The notes: generated from the letters alone by a model not told the origin. A DNA stretch of 64,000 bases from Acidobacteriota bacterium (GCA_965263035.1 OZ253580.1:2016001-2080000), one strand, 5' to 3'. Positions 38,555-49,449 are shown, counted from the first letter of the stretch. Numbers and translations are program-made.

Positions 38555-41500
38555 ATGAGTATCGATCGTTTCACGACTGCACGACCTGATTTCCGGTCCG
38601 GCGTTCCGGGAATCCTGGTTCCGATCCTGCTGGCGTTGGCTTTGGCGGCCCCGCCGGCCTACGGACAGAGCACCACATTCTCCCAATTGGTGGGGTCGGT
38701 GCGGGATCAGACCGGAAGCGTTATTCCGGGCGTCGAGATCTCGGCGTCCATCACTGAGATCGGTTTGGAACGGGGCACCGTCACCAACGATCAAGGCTAC
38801 TACGTGATCGACAAGCTTCCCGCCGACGTGTACGAGGTCAAGGCGACTCTTCCAGGATTCAAGACACAGTTGGCCCCTAACGTGGAGCTTCGCGGCGGAC
38901 AGAAAGGCCGCGTGGACTTTCTCATGGAGCCGGGAGAGATCGTGGAGAGCATCACGGTCATCGACGCCATCGCGACCATCGAAACCGAGACTCCGGACAT
39001 GAGCTCCACGCTCCGCCAGAGGGAGATGCTGGACCTTCCCTTCTCCGGCAACACGGGCCGCGACCTGATCCACTTGGCGGAGTTGGCTACGGGGGCGGTG
39101 ACCGTGCGCTTCGCCCAGGATTCCCGCTTCGTCCGCGACGGCGGCGGACTCCCCGCAGTCAACGGCCTGCGACCCGACGCCAGTAGCGAGATTCAGTACG
39201 ACGGGGCCCGTAATCAGACCCTTTACGACCAGAAGGCGGCCGTCAAACCCACGCCGGAAACGGTGAAGGAGTTCAAGGTCGTCACCAACACGGTTTCGGC
39301 CGAGTACGGCAAGGTGGGCGGCACCGTGGTGAGTATGGTCAGCAACAGCGGCTCCAACGAGTTCCACGGCCACATCTGGGAGTACTTCCAGAACGAGGGC
39401 ATGAACGCCAACGGCTTCTTCGCCAACCGTTCGGGTCTGGGAAAGCTGCCATTCACCTCCCACAACACGGGAGCGGCGGTCGGTGGGCCCATCATCAAGG
39501 ACAAGACATTCTTCTATTCCGCCTACGAATTGTTTTACAACGACTTCGCGGTTCCGGGAGAAATGGAGGTCCCCTCGCTGGCCGAGCGGCAGGGGGACTT
39601 CAGTCTGGGAGACGGTGCCTGGGGACTGCAGACCATCTATGACCCCTTCAACGTGGTGGATGGGCAACGGCAGCCCTTCCCGGGCAACCGGATTCCCCAG
39701 GAACGCATTCATCCCGTCTCCAGACGGGTGATGGATCTGGTCCCCTATCCCGAGCCCAACAGCTCGGAAATCCCCAATTACAACTATCAGCACGCCACGA
39801 ATCGGAGGATCAACAAGTTCTCGACCCGCCTCGACCACAACTTCGAGAGCGATTCCAGCATCTTCGGCCGCTTCTCCTATCAGACGGATCCTGCGGTCTC
39901 CCACGGTGGGGCCCAGAACTTCTATGGAGGCGGGAATTTCTCCAGCTACACCGGCCGGGGACGAGTGGGTGTCCCGGGCATGCTCAACGGTGTCTACCAG
40001 TCCAATTCCACCAACGACAACGGGTGGCAGACCATGGGCGGCTGGGTGAAGCCCTTCGGCGCCCGAGTGGTCAACGAGCTGAGCGTGAGCGGCTGGTGGT
40101 TTCGAGGCCATCGCTACACCGAGGACCAGACCAACTGGGTGCAGGAATTCGGTTACGACATCGCGGACAAGGTGTCGCTGGTCGCCGAGGACGGTGGAAG
40201 AGGCCCGGGCGGTCTGCCTGATATTCGCATCGAAGGTTACGGGCGGATCAGCGGAGAAACCGACGGGCGGCGACAGGATCGGGGCCTCAACCTGAAGGAC
40301 ACCCTGGCTTGGCAGCAAGGAAACCACTATCTCAAGTTCGGATTCGAGCATATCCGCTACTACGACAACCAATTGCGATGGGTCCCGTCCGGAAGCGCCA
40401 GCAACCGCTTCGACGGCTACCTCACGGGTCAGATCCTCCAGGACGGCGAAGGCAACGTCACGGGTTCGACCCGCGGGCAGCCCTTCGCCGACTTTCTGTT
40501 GGGAGCCTCCTCCCGTGTCGACGCCAATATCCTGGGAGGCGGGGGCTATGGAACCGGCAGCATCCGCGGCATCGACACCATGTCGTTCTACGCCTTCTTT
40601 CTCCAGGATGACTGGAAGGTCAATCCCGACCTGACCGTGAATCTGGGCGTGCGCTGGGAGATCCCCCTTCCCGGCACTTGGTTCATGGACAAGACGACGT
40701 GCTTCTTCGACCTCTCGGGAGGCCGGTACGACGCCGTTCAGATGGTGCCCAAGGGATTTCCCGTCGACTCGGACATCGTCACCGGCGGTGACCGCTCTCT
40801 GCTGGTGATCCCACACGTGGAGCGGAACAGTAGAGCCTGCGTGGATCCCCATTACAAGGACATCGCTCCCCGAGTCGGTTTCGCCTGGCGGATGTTCGGC
40901 ACCAACAGGACGGTCCTGCGCGTGGGCGCCGGCGTCTCCTTCGACCAAGTGATCGGCGCCTGGTACGGCGGCACCGGCTGGCTGGGGCATTACGCCGGAA
41001 AGGTCAGCAGCACTCACCAGCGGGGAACCATGCCCGACCTGTTCCTGGGCACCTACCGGACGGTCCCCACCGTTGCCGCATCCAGGATCCACCCACCCGG
41101 CTATCAGCACGACCCGTCCTCCTCCCAGACCGGCCAGATCTACAGCTACAATCTCTCGATCCAGCATGAGTTGATGCCGGGCACCAAGCTGGAGATCGCC
41201 TATGTGGGCAATCAGGCCCGGCACATGAGGTCCAGCCGTGGTTGGAACGTGGCCCAGCCCGAGGGGAAGGCGATGTTCCTGCAGACGGGCGAGCGCCTCG
41301 TGGCCACGGGCTCACGGCAGGAGCGCAGGCCCTATCCCCAACTGGACGGAAACCTGACCACGTTCTTTGACGGCAGCAGCAACTACAACTCCTTGCAGGC
41401 GAAGGTGGAGCGGACCCTGCGGGACGGCCTTTCCTTCTCCACTGGATGGACCTGGGGTGCCGCCTTCATTTCCAACACCCACGGGGCCTACTTCTCCGGC

Positions 41501-42091
41501 GTCCAGAATGAGTTCGCCAGGCACGAACTCAACGGCCGGCCGCGCTACAACCGGACCCACAGCCTCTACGCCACCCTGGTCTATGAGCTGCCCTTCTTCA
41601 GACAGGCCAAGGGTCTGACCAGAACTCTCCTGGGGGGTTGGGAGACCACGGGCATCGTCACTCTGGCCAGTGGCGCACCCTACGGCGTGCAGGTCAGCAG
41701 CGACCTGAACGATGTGGGGCGGCGCCGGTTGTTGCTTCCCAACCGGACCTGCAACGGGAACCTGGGTGAGAGTCAACGGACGGTGAACCGCTTCTACGAC
41801 ACCAGTTGCTTCCAGCCGGCGCCGCGCGGTGAATGGGGCAATTCAGCCATGTTCCCGCTGGTGGCGGACGACGTCCACATGTTCGACATCGGCATCCACA
41901 AGAAGTTCGTCATGGGAGAGGAGAAGTCTATCGACGTGCGGTCCGAGATGTTCAACGCCTTCAACCACACGATCTTCAACACGCCGGGTGGAATCGGCGG
42001 TCAGGACTCGGTGGACCGCTCCAGCATTGGCCGAGTCTCAGGGGCCACCTCGGCGCGGCAGATCCAGATCAGCCTGCGGTTCTCCTTCTAG
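38555..42091 (+). CDS. TonB-dependent receptor TBDR2 (paralog of TBDR1)
   Basis: Same architecture as TBDR1; shared RFVRDxGGLPAVNGLRPD and QTGQ(V/I)YSYNLSIQHEL; C-terminal RQIQISLRFSF; RBS GGAGG. Confidence 0.92.
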   Translation: MSIDRFTTARPDFRSGVPGILVPILLALALAAPPAYGQSTTFSQLVGSVRDQTGSVIPGVEISASITEIGLERGTVTNDQGYYVIDKLPADVYEVKATLPGFKTQLAPNVELRGGQKGRVDFLMEPGEIVESITVIDAIATIETETPDMSSTLRQREMLDLPFSGNTGRDLIHLAELATGAVTVRFAQDSRFVRDGGGLPAVNGLRPDASSEIQYDGARNQTLYDQKAAVKPTPETVKEFKVVTNTVSAEYGKVGGTVVSMVSNSGSNEFHGHIWEYFQNEGMNANGFFANRSGLGKLPFTSHNTGAAVGGPIIKDKTFFYSAYELFYNDFAVPGEMEVPSLAERQGDFSLGDGAWGLQTIYDPFNVVDGQRQPFPGNRIPQERIHPVSRRVMDLVPYPEPNSSEIPNYNYQHATNRRINKFSTRLDHNFESDSSIFGRFSYQTDPAVSHGGAQNFYGGGNFSSYTGRGRVGVPGMLNGVYQSNSTNDNGWQTMGGWVKPFGARVVNELSVSGWWFRGHRYTEDQTNWVQEFGYDIADKVSLVAEDGGRGPGGLPDIRIEGYGRISGETDGRRQDRGLNLKDTLAWQQGNHYLKFGFEHIRYYDNQLRWVPSGSASNRFDGYLTGQILQDGEGNVTGSTRGQPFADFLLGASSRVDANILGGGGYGTGSIRGIDTMSFYAFFLQDDWKVNPDLTVNLGVRWEIPLPGTWFMDKTTCFFDLSGGRYDAVQMVPKGFPVDSDIVTGGDRSLLVIPHVERNSRACVDPHYKDIAPRVGFAWRMFGTNRTVLRVGAGVSFDQVIGAWYGGTGWLGHYAGKVSSTHQRGTMPDLFLGTYRTVPTVAASRIHPPGYQHDPSSSQTGQIYSYNLSIQHELMPGTKLEIAYVGNQARHMRSSRGWNVAQPEGKAMFLQTGERLVATGSRQERRPYPQLDGNLTTFFDGSSNYNSLQAKVERTLRDGLSFSTGWTWGAAFISNTHGAYFSGVQNEFARHELNGRPRYNRTHSLYATLVYELPFFRQAKGLTRTLLGGWETTGIVTLASGAPYGVQVSSDLNDVGRRRLLLPNRTCNGNLGESQRTVNRFYDTSCFQPAPRGEWGNSAMFPLVADDVHMFDIGIHKKFVMGEEKSIDVRSEMFNAFNHTIFNTPGGIGGQDSVDRSSIGRVSGATSARQIQISLRFSF

Positions 42092-42131
42092 CGCGACCGG
42101 GCCTCTGGCCGGTAATCCTTCGGTAATCCTT

Positions 42132-42164
42132 AAGGGGCCGCCATCCGGCGGCCCCTGTTTTTTT
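42132..42164 (+). terminator. Rho-independent terminator
   Basis: GGGGCCGCC-atcc-GGCGGCCCC followed by a T run. Confidence 0.85.
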
Positions 42165-42172
42165 GGCGCTAA

Positions 42173-42190
42173 GAGTCTGCGCGGTAGAAT
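42173..42190. mobile_element. Orphan MITE left end
   Basis: CTAA|GAGTCTGCGCGGTAGAAT. Confidence 0.65.
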
Positions 42191-42196
42191 GTTCCG

Positions 42197-43840
42197 GTGA
42201 ACTGGGCAGAGTTCCCTTTGTCGGCGCTGTTTGTCGCCTCGGCTTCCGCCTTGGCCTTCGGGGCCGACACCGGCCGCCCTCCGTTCTTCGTCGACGTCAG
42301 CGAGAAGGCGCAGCTGTCCTTCCTGCACGCGCCCAGGGCCGAGAGTGAGAGCTGGATGGCCAAGTTCATGGTCATCACCATGGGGTCCGGCGGGGGATTC
42401 TTCGACTACGACAACGACGGCCGTCTCGATGTCTATCTGGTCAACGGGGTCGAACCCAATCGGCTCTTCCGGAACCGGGCCGACGGCAGTTTTGCCGATG
42501 TCACCGGGGAAGCGGGGGTGGGCGATACCTCGTATGGGATGGGGTGTGCGTTTGCGGACTATGACAACGACGGCTTTCAGGACATCTATGTCAGCAATCT
42601 GGGTCCCAATGTCCTCTACCGCAACAACGGGGACGGCACTTTCAGCGACGTCAGCACCAGGGCCGGGGTGGGAAACCCGCTCTGGAGCACCAGCGTGGCC
42701 TTTGGCGACTACGACCGGGATGGGCACGTCGACCTCTATGTGTGCAACTATCTGAAGTTCTCCTTCGCCAGCCATCGCAACTGCTACTTCGGCGATATTC
42801 CCATCTACTGCTATCCCCACAGTTACGACGGCGTCCCCAACACGCTCTATCGCAATCGGGGTGACGGCACCTTCCGGGACGTCACGGCTCGAGCCGGCCT
42901 TCGGGAAGCCGCCGAGTTCAGCAAGGGGCTGGGCGTGATCTGGCTCGACTTCGACCTGGACGGCGACCTGGATCTGTTCGTGGCCAACGACACCACCGCC
43001 AATTACCTGTTCGAGAACCAGGGAGACGGCACCTTCGAGGACGTTTCTCTGGTCTCCGGGACCTCTCTCAGCGCCATGGGAGTCGCTCAGTCGGGAATGG
43101 GCGTGGACGCCGCCGATCTGGACGGCAAGGGGCGCTTTCACGTCATCGTGACCAACTATTCTCTCCAGAACAACGCCCTCTACTGGAACGAGGGCTTCGG
43201 ACTCTTCAGCGATCGTATCGTCCGGACCCGCCTCGCCGGACCCGGCTTCGTCCCGCTGGGTTTCGGCGTCAACTTCTTGGATTACGACAACGACGGCCTT
43301 CCGGATCTGTTCGTGGCCAACGGGCACGTTCTGGAGCAGGCGGGGACCGTCAATGCCAGCACCGGCTACCGGCAGCCGAACCAACTGTTTCGCAATGCCG
43401 GCGAAGGTTTCTTCGAAGAGGTCTCGTCTCGGGCCGGCGATTACTTCAAGGTCGAGAACGTCTCTCGCGGATCGGCCGTCGGAGATTTCAACAACGACGG
43501 GAGGCTGGATCTGTTGGTTTCCAACAACGGGGGCAAGGCGGATCTCCTGGAGAACAGGACCGGGTCCGAAAACAACTGGATCAAACTCAAGCTGGAGGGA
43601 ACGCACTGCAACCGAAACGCCATCGGGGCGAAGGTCTTCGTCGACGCGGGAGGGGTTCGACAGTTGCAGGAGGTCCGCGCGGGAAGCAGCTACCTGAGCC
43701 AGAGCGATCTCAGGATCCATTTCGGCCTGGGGAAGGCGACCCGGATGGATTCGATTCGAGTCGACTGGCCCTGCGGCAATAGGACCCGGATCCCCGCCCC
43801 GGGAAAGCTGAACCGGATTCTGGAGATTCGGGAAGAATGA
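42197..43840 (+). CDS. CRTAC1-family (FG-GAP + ASPIC/UnbV) protein, intact
   Basis: Repeated DYDNDG/DFDLDG motifs; SSYLSQSDLRIHFGLG. Confidence 0.9.
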   Translation: MNWAEFPLSALFVASASALAFGADTGRPPFFVDVSEKAQLSFLHAPRAESESWMAKFMVITMGSGGGFFDYDNDGRLDVYLVNGVEPNRLFRNRADGSFADVTGEAGVGDTSYGMGCAFADYDNDGFQDIYVSNLGPNVLYRNNGDGTFSDVSTRAGVGNPLWSTSVAFGDYDRDGHVDLYVCNYLKFSFASHRNCYFGDIPIYCYPHSYDGVPNTLYRNRGDGTFRDVTARAGLREAAEFSKGLGVIWLDFDLDGDLDLFVANDTTANYLFENQGDGTFEDVSLVSGTSLSAMGVAQSGMGVDAADLDGKGRFHVIVTNYSLQNNALYWNEGFGLFSDRIVRTRLAGPGFVPLGFGVNFLDYDNDGLPDLFVANGHVLEQAGTVNASTGYRQPNQLFRNAGEGFFEEVSSRAGDYFKVENVSRGSAVGDFNNDGRLDLLVSNNGGKADLLENRTGSENNWIKLKLEGTHCNRNAIGAKVFVDAGGVRQLQEVRAGSSYLSQSDLRIHFGLGKATRMDSIRVDWPCGNRTRIPAPGKLNRILEIREE

Positions 43841-45087
43841 TTCGCTGGTGGAATGCCGGCTTCTGCGTGCTGGTCTGCCTCACGACCGCTGCCCTGTGCC
43901 GGGACGCCGACTTTGAGCGGGCTTTGAGAATGATGGGGGAGTTGGACTATCCGGGAGCGCTGGCGGCGTTTCGTCAGTTGGCAGAGCGCCCCGATCCCGA
44001 TCCCGCGATCTACTTTCAAATGGGAGCCTGTCAGACCGTCCTGGGGCAATACTCCGCGGCTTTGGAGAGCTTCCGGCAGGCGACGGAGGCTGGATTGGCG
44101 GAGAGCTGGCAAATCTGGTCCGCTCGAGGCATCGCTCACTTCAACCTGGAACGATTCCCCGAAGCCCGGCGAGAATTCGAGCGAGTCCTGGGTCAGGAAC
44201 CGGACGAGTTCACTTCCTTGTTCTTCTTGGGCCGGTTGGATCTGGAGGGAGGCGAGTTGGACGCCGCGGAGGCCAGGTTCCGCCGCGTGATCCAGCTTGA
44301 ATCCAGCTACGAGCCCGCATTCTACTATCTCGGACGCACCTTGATCCGCAAAGGAAAGACCGCGGAGGGGAAACGGATTCTTCGATACCACCAGCGGCGG
44401 GAACACCTCCACAACCGGCTCCGCACCCTCACCGATCTGGCCAGATCCGAGAATACGCCGGCGGAGATCTACGCTGAGATGGCCGGAGTCTATCTCGATC
44501 TGGGAATTCGGCAGCAGGCCCGGAAGGCTCTACACAAGGCGGAGGAGATCGCTCCCGCTACCGAGTTGACCCGGCTGGTTCGCGGCCGGTTGAGCTACCT
44601 GGACGGTAACTTCGACCTGGCCGAAGAGCATCTGGCGGCTTACCTGAAGATCGAAAGTCAGAAGTGCGATGCGCACCACTTCCTGGGTCTGGCCCTGAAG
44701 GCTCAACGGAAATTTTCGGCCGCGGCGCGAGTCCTGCGCCGCGCCTCGGATCTCTGTCCTCCCGAAGTCTCCCTGCTGGCCTCCCTGGCCGAGGTGGAGA
44801 TCCAGAACCGGAATCTGCTGGTGGCGCTGGCGCTGGCGGACAAGATCACCAAGCTGGACCCGGCCGCGGCGGAGGGTCCGTTCCTGAAGGCCGTTTCCTC
44901 CCTGTACCGTCATGATCTCCAGGGAGCGGAGAAGTGGGCGCTGCGCGCCCTCCACCTGGAGCAGGAGAATCCCGAGTATCACCGCCTTCTGGAAGCCATT
45001 TATCGCAACCGGGGCGACACCGAAAAAGCGGACCTCCATCGGAAACAGATGGAAATTCTGTTGTCCGACCGGAAATCATCGGAATGA
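43837..45087 (+). CDS. Secreted TPR protein
   Basis: Signal peptide plus TPRs; ATGA overlap with the CRTAC1 gene. Confidence 0.85.
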   Translation: MIRWWNAGFCVLVCLTTAALCRDADFERALRMMGELDYPGALAAFRQLAERPDPDPAIYFQMGACQTVLGQYSAALESFRQATEAGLAESWQIWSARGIAHFNLERFPEARREFERVLGQEPDEFTSLFFLGRLDLEGGELDAAEARFRRVIQLESSYEPAFYYLGRTLIRKGKTAEGKRILRYHQRREHLHNRLRTLTDLARSENTPAEIYAEMAGVYLDLGIRQQARKALHKAEEIAPATELTRLVRGRLSYLDGNFDLAEEHLAAYLKIESQKCDAHHFLGLALKAQRKFSAAARVLRRASDLCPPEVSLLASLAEVEIQNRNLLVALALADKITKLDPAAAEGPFLKAVSSLYRHDLQGAEKWALRALHLEQENPEYHRLLEAIYRNRGDTEKADLHRKQMEILLSDRKSSE

Positions 45088-45172
45088 TCCGGCCGTCCGG
45101 GCGTCAGGCCTGAGTCCGGAAGACCGGCCGTGGAACCGCTTGCTCCCCTGCCGCATCCATGACCTCCGCTAG

Positions 45173-45331
45173 GAGTCTGCGCGGTAGAAATGATCGTAGC
45201 GAGACAGTGGGGAATCGAGGCCAGATTTTCCCGATTTGGAGGTGCATAGTTGTTCTATTCGCCGAGAAATCGAGGAAATATGGACCGATTCTACCGCTTT
45301 CGCAGTAGATCCATTTCTGCCGCGCAGGCTC
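45173..45331. mobile_element. 159-bp MITE, copy 2, flanked by CTAG on both sides
   Basis: CTAG|GAGTCTGC...GCAGGCTC|CTAG; the right CTAG contains the stop of the minus-strand TPR gene. Confidence 0.9.
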
Positions 45332-46093
45332 CTAGCGCGTGCCCAGACCGTACAGGTTCAACAACTCGATGAATTCCTGACGGTCACGAAATCGGTCGAA
45401 CGCCTGCTCTGCGGCCAGCCGCTCCTGGTCCAGGAACCCGACCGCCAACGCCTTCGCCAGATAATTCAAGCATTGCGCCAAGTTCTCCATCTCGGCAAAG
45501 AGGCGCGCCAAGTTGTAGTGCGTTTCCGGATCCAATCCCCTTGGATCCGAATAGGTGACACGGGTTCCGCTTCTCTGGTCGAAGGCCTGAGGATCCAGGT
45601 CCATGGCTTTGCGGTAGGCTCGACGGGCCAAGTCGTAGTGACCCCACAACATTTGACCATATCCCAGATTGACGTAGAAGAACGACTGGGGATCGATGGC
45701 AATCGCTTGTTCGAAGGAGCGAGCCGCCTTCTCGTATTGTCGGTTCGACAGCAGGGCGATTCCCAGCGTGTTGTGGGCCGGGGCGTACCGCGGATCGAGT
45801 CTGATGGCGTGTTCCGCCGCCTTTCGTCCCTGCCAAAAGCGTCCGGTCCGACAATACGCGATCGCCAGTTTGTTGAAGATGGCCTCGTGATACGGATTCA
45901 AGGTCGTCGCCTCAAGGTACTTGAGGATGGCGAGATGATCCTTTCCTTCCTCCAACATCTGGTCGGCCTCTCCCATGAGGCGGTAGGAGGCGAGGACGCT
46001 CTCGCGAGGCACCGGGAGCTTCGTGATCCGGGAATGACCGCAGCCGAGGAGGAACCCCGTGAGGAGAACGATCGCGGTTCTCGAGGCCATCAT
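45332..46093 (-). CDS. TPR lipoprotein
   Basis: Lipobox LLGC; TPRs; THYNLARLFA. Confidence 0.8.
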   Translation of the reverse strand: MMASRTAIVLLTGFLLGCGHSRITKLPVPRESVLASYRLMGEADQMLEEGKDHLAILKYLEATTLNPYHEAIFNKLAIAYCRTGRFWQGRKAAEHAIRLDPRYAPAHNTLGIALLSNRQYEKAARSFEQAIAIDPQSFFYVNLGYGQMLWGHYDLARRAYRKAMDLDPQAFDQRSGTRVTYSDPRGLDPETHYNLARLFAEMENLAQCLNYLAKALAVGFLDQERLAAEQAFDRFRDRQEFIELLNLYGLGTR

Positions 46094-46139
46094 GGGATCC
46101 ACGGCGAGAAAGGCGGAGTTCATGAGAAGAGGCATACCC

Positions 46140-47621
46140 TCAATCAATGAATTGGAAGGCGTACAGGTTGCCGTCCCGGAGCTGGAACCGGAGCCGGAGA
46201 GCCCGATTTCTCAGAACCCCCAGGTCGGCGCTTCCGTTCCAGCTCACCCGGTGGCCCAGCGAGTCCCCGCTTACCGGGTCGCACGCCTCGCTGGTGAATC
46301 CCGACAGGGGACGGCCACCGGTGTCCAGGATCTCGACTCGCAGATCGCCCCCCACGTCGGCGTTCAGGATCAACCGGTTCCCGGACATCCTGAGGTCCCG
46401 GGTGGTCAGCCGGCCGGTCTGCTCCCCGGCCTCGAAGGAGACGAAACCGTCGCGGCGAAGGGTCGCCAGACCGGTGGCCCGCTGTCTGCGCTGTCCCTTT
46501 TCCACCCATCCAGCCTGGACCTTCCGGAGATCCGTCCCGTAGGGGAAGTTCTCTCCCCAATAGTAGACCCGGATCCGGTCCTGATGGACCACCGGCGCCA
46601 CGGGAATGCTCAAATGACTGTCCCAGGCGCCTGCCTCTCCGCGCCCCAGGATGAACTCTCCCGGGAAGATCCGTTGCCAGCGGACGCCGTCGGGGCTGTA
46701 GGCCAGTTCCGCATCGGCCCGGACCCAGCCCTCGTCGCCCCGCTCGAAGACCCAGAGCCATCCCAGGTACCGACCTTCGTACAGGAATGCGGACAAGCCC
46801 TTGAAGTGCAGGTTGGACTCGTCCGGACCCGGCACCAGGACCGGCTGGGGATCGGACCAGGTGACGAAGTCGGGACTGCTTGATCGCCCCACCGAATTCG
46901 GCGACCCCGGCATCCGGACGTAGAAGACGAACCTCTCGATCCGGGGGTCCCAGCCCAGCAGGTTGGCACTGTGCGCTCGCCGGAACCAGGGCTTGCCGTC
47001 GGCGTTGAGCTTCCAGTGGACGCCGTCGGCCGAGTGACCCTTGGTGATGGCGGACTTGCCGTCGAAGACATCCACATAGGTCATCTTGAAGCGCCGATCG
47101 GGGTCCGGATCGCGCGGATCCTGGATGACGTTGGCCCGGCGCATCCAGCGAGTGCCCCAGGGAATGATGTTGTTGCTGCGTGAGCCCTGCCATTCCACCA
47201 GACCCAACTCGGGCTTGGTCCAATGGACCCCGTCCTTGGAGACGGCATACCCGACCTTGTACCGGATCCCGCGATGCGCCGCATCGTCGACCAGGGACGA
47301 CATGTACCAGATCTTGAATTCCCCACTCTCCTGATCGAACAGAACCGGACGGCCATTGGGATAGGTCGTCCAGCGTTCCCAGGGAGTGTCTCCAACGATG
47401 ACGGGGTTCGCCGGATGCCGTTGGAGTCGATGCAGTCTCCGCTTCAGATTCCGGGTGGAAGCGACGACGCCATCGTCCAGGAACAACTGGCGGGCGGTGC
47501 CGATCTCCAGGATCGGCGCCGTCTGCTTCCGCGCCTCACAGGCCCCTGCCGCCAACAAGGCTCCCAGAACCGCAAGTCGCAGACTTCGAAGGCGCCACCG
47601 GACAATTATCTGATAGGCCAT
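46140..47621 (-). CDS. Beta-propeller glycosidase-like protein, paralog 9 (probable lipoprotein)
   Basis: AGAC lipobox-like; RQLFLDD, HSANL, LRRDGFVS. Confidence 0.78.
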   Translation of the reverse strand: MAYQIIVRWRLRSLRLAVLGALLAAGACEARKQTAPILEIGTARQLFLDDGVVASTRNLKRRLHRLQRHPANPVIVGDTPWERWTTYPNGRPVLFDQESGEFKIWYMSSLVDDAAHRGIRYKVGYAVSKDGVHWTKPELGLVEWQGSRSNNIIPWGTRWMRRANVIQDPRDPDPDRRFKMTYVDVFDGKSAITKGHSADGVHWKLNADGKPWFRRAHSANLLGWDPRIERFVFYVRMPGSPNSVGRSSSPDFVTWSDPQPVLVPGPDESNLHFKGLSAFLYEGRYLGWLWVFERGDEGWVRADAELAYSPDGVRWQRIFPGEFILGRGEAGAWDSHLSIPVAPVVHQDRIRVYYWGENFPYGTDLRKVQAGWVEKGQRRQRATGLATLRRDGFVSFEAGEQTGRLTTRDLRMSGNRLILNADVGGDLRVEILDTGGRPLSGFTSEACDPVSGDSLGHRVSWNGSADLGVLRNRALRLRFQLRDGNLYAFQFID

Positions 47622-47691
47622 GGGTCCATCACTGGGCTCGACGGACCGAATTCCTCATTGCGCTTCGGCCGATGTCGGAGTCCAGCCTGAA

Positions 47692-49206
47692 TCATTGAAA
47701 TCGAAAAGAGTAGAGATCCGCATCCCGCAGCACGAATCGGAGGCGAATCGGCTTCCCGGCGAGCGTGCTGAGGTCGGTTCCCGACTTCCAACTGACTCGA
47801 CGCTCCAGTTCGTCGCCGAAGATCTCGCTGGACTGATCGATCGCATATCCCGGCAGGACGACGCCCGAGGCCTCCTGAATCTCCACCCTCACCGAGCCCA
47901 CGGCCGAGGTGGAGTAGTTGAGGTAGAGGGAGCTCCCGGCGAACGTCAGCGGCGGCGTCACGAACTCACCGCCCCCGCTGGACGCGTGGACCGAGACGAA
48001 ACCGTCGGGCCGGATGGTGCAGCGCCGGAGCCGGCAGCTCTGCTGGTGGTAGTTTTCCGTGTAGTACATCGAGAGCTCGTCGGGAGCCGTCCGGAGGATG
48101 CCCTGTCCCATGATGATGGCCCGATCCACCCAGTTTCCGGGATCGAGGCCGGGGCGGATGAAGGCCTCCAGAAAGATTCGATCCCAGCGGACGCCGTCAC
48201 GGCTGGAGAGGAAGACGATGTCCGCAACGCCGTTGCTGTAGGTCCAATCGGGGTGAAAAGTGCGCCCGGGGACAAAGCGCATGGGAAACATCAGATAGAC
48301 ACCCTTGGCTCGACGATAGGGGACGGCTGCGTTGGTATACAGATGGTCGAGAGGCTCAGCCGGGAGGTCCAGGAGCTTCAACGGACTCCAATTTACGAAG
48401 TCGCCGGAAGTCGCGTAGCGGAGCCGGCGCACGATCGCGCCCCGCTCATGCTTTTCCCGGTCGAACTCGACCTTCAGGTCCTTGTGCACGAAGCCCCGGC
48501 CATAGTAGCGATACCGTAGGGTCCATGGATCCTGGAAGACGACATTGTGGGAGTCGAAGGGCCCTCCCGTGAGAATGGGCTCTTCTTGAACCAGGCGCCA
48601 GCGCAGTCCGTCGGCAGAGACCAGGCCCCATGCGTTCCTGCCCCGGGTGACGGCCTTGTAGCGCTGGTCGCCGGGCACGCCGGGGCGTTCGTCCTTGAAG
48701 ACCGATATGTTGCCGCCAGGCCCGTCCCACACCAGATTGTTTTCCCTGGAACCCTGGAAGTCGATCAGTCCCAGGGCGGGGCGTTCCCACAGGACTCCGT
48801 CGCGGCTCTCTGCGTAGCCGGTATGGCCCCATCCCGGCTTCACCCCGACGCCGGATTGGGCCTGGTACCACATCCGGTAGCGGTCGCCGTCCTGCAGGAC
48901 GCTCGACGCCCATGAGTTGCCGCCCTCCCAGGGACGGTCGAAGTCGAGCACCTCTTCTCGGAGCCGGGGTGGGTGGAGCTTCAACTCGAGCTGACTCATC
49001 TCCGAGATCAAGGTCTTGTCGATGAACAGTTGTCGTTCCGAGCCCACTGCGGTCTGGGCCCTGGACATCCCCGACAGCACAAGAGAGGCGATCGTGAGGG
49101 CGTATACGAAGCGATGACCGAGCCGGCGACGGGGACTTGCGTCGCCGCGGCGACTCGAGGGTTCATCCGGCCGGTTCCGCCGCCTGTTCCCATGGCGAAT
49201 GCTCAT
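47692..49206 (-). CDS. Beta-propeller glycosidase-like protein, paralog 10
   Basis: RQLFIDK, FDSHN, HLYTNA, IRPDGFVS; RBS GGAGG. Confidence 0.78.
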   Translation of the reverse strand: MSIRHGNRRRNRPDEPSSRRGDASPRRRLGHRFVYALTIASLVLSGMSRAQTAVGSERQLFIDKTLISEMSQLELKLHPPRLREEVLDFDRPWEGGNSWASSVLQDGDRYRMWYQAQSGVGVKPGWGHTGYAESRDGVLWERPALGLIDFQGSRENNLVWDGPGGNISVFKDERPGVPGDQRYKAVTRGRNAWGLVSADGLRWRLVQEEPILTGGPFDSHNVVFQDPWTLRYRYYGRGFVHKDLKVEFDREKHERGAIVRRLRYATSGDFVNWSPLKLLDLPAEPLDHLYTNAAVPYRRAKGVYLMFPMRFVPGRTFHPDWTYSNGVADIVFLSSRDGVRWDRIFLEAFIRPGLDPGNWVDRAIIMGQGILRTAPDELSMYYTENYHQQSCRLRRCTIRPDGFVSVHASSGGGEFVTPPLTFAGSSLYLNYSTSAVGSVRVEIQEASGVVLPGYAIDQSSEIFGDELERRVSWKSGTDLSTLAGKPIRLRFVLRDADLYSFRFQ

Positions 49207-49229
49207 GTCTGGATTCCTCCAAGGTTTAG

Positions 49230-49246
49230 GAGTCTGCGCGGTAAAA
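49230..49246. mobile_element. Orphan MITE left end
   Basis: TTAG|GAGTCTGCGCGGTAAAA. Confidence 0.6.
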
Positions 49247-49449
49247 GTCGTCACGGCATTCGACCGTCCCTGCGTCCCGGCGGACTGCGTTGCGACTCGG
49301 TCACATCCTCCCGGCATGCTCCCTCCGTTGCGCCTTGTCCGGCGGGCGCAGGACCGGTCTCGGTGCTCGCGGGACTTTCACCACGGACTGCCAGTTGCGC
49401 CGGGCCGAGAGCCACGGTGCAGCCGATCACGAACGGTCCGGCGCCGAGT

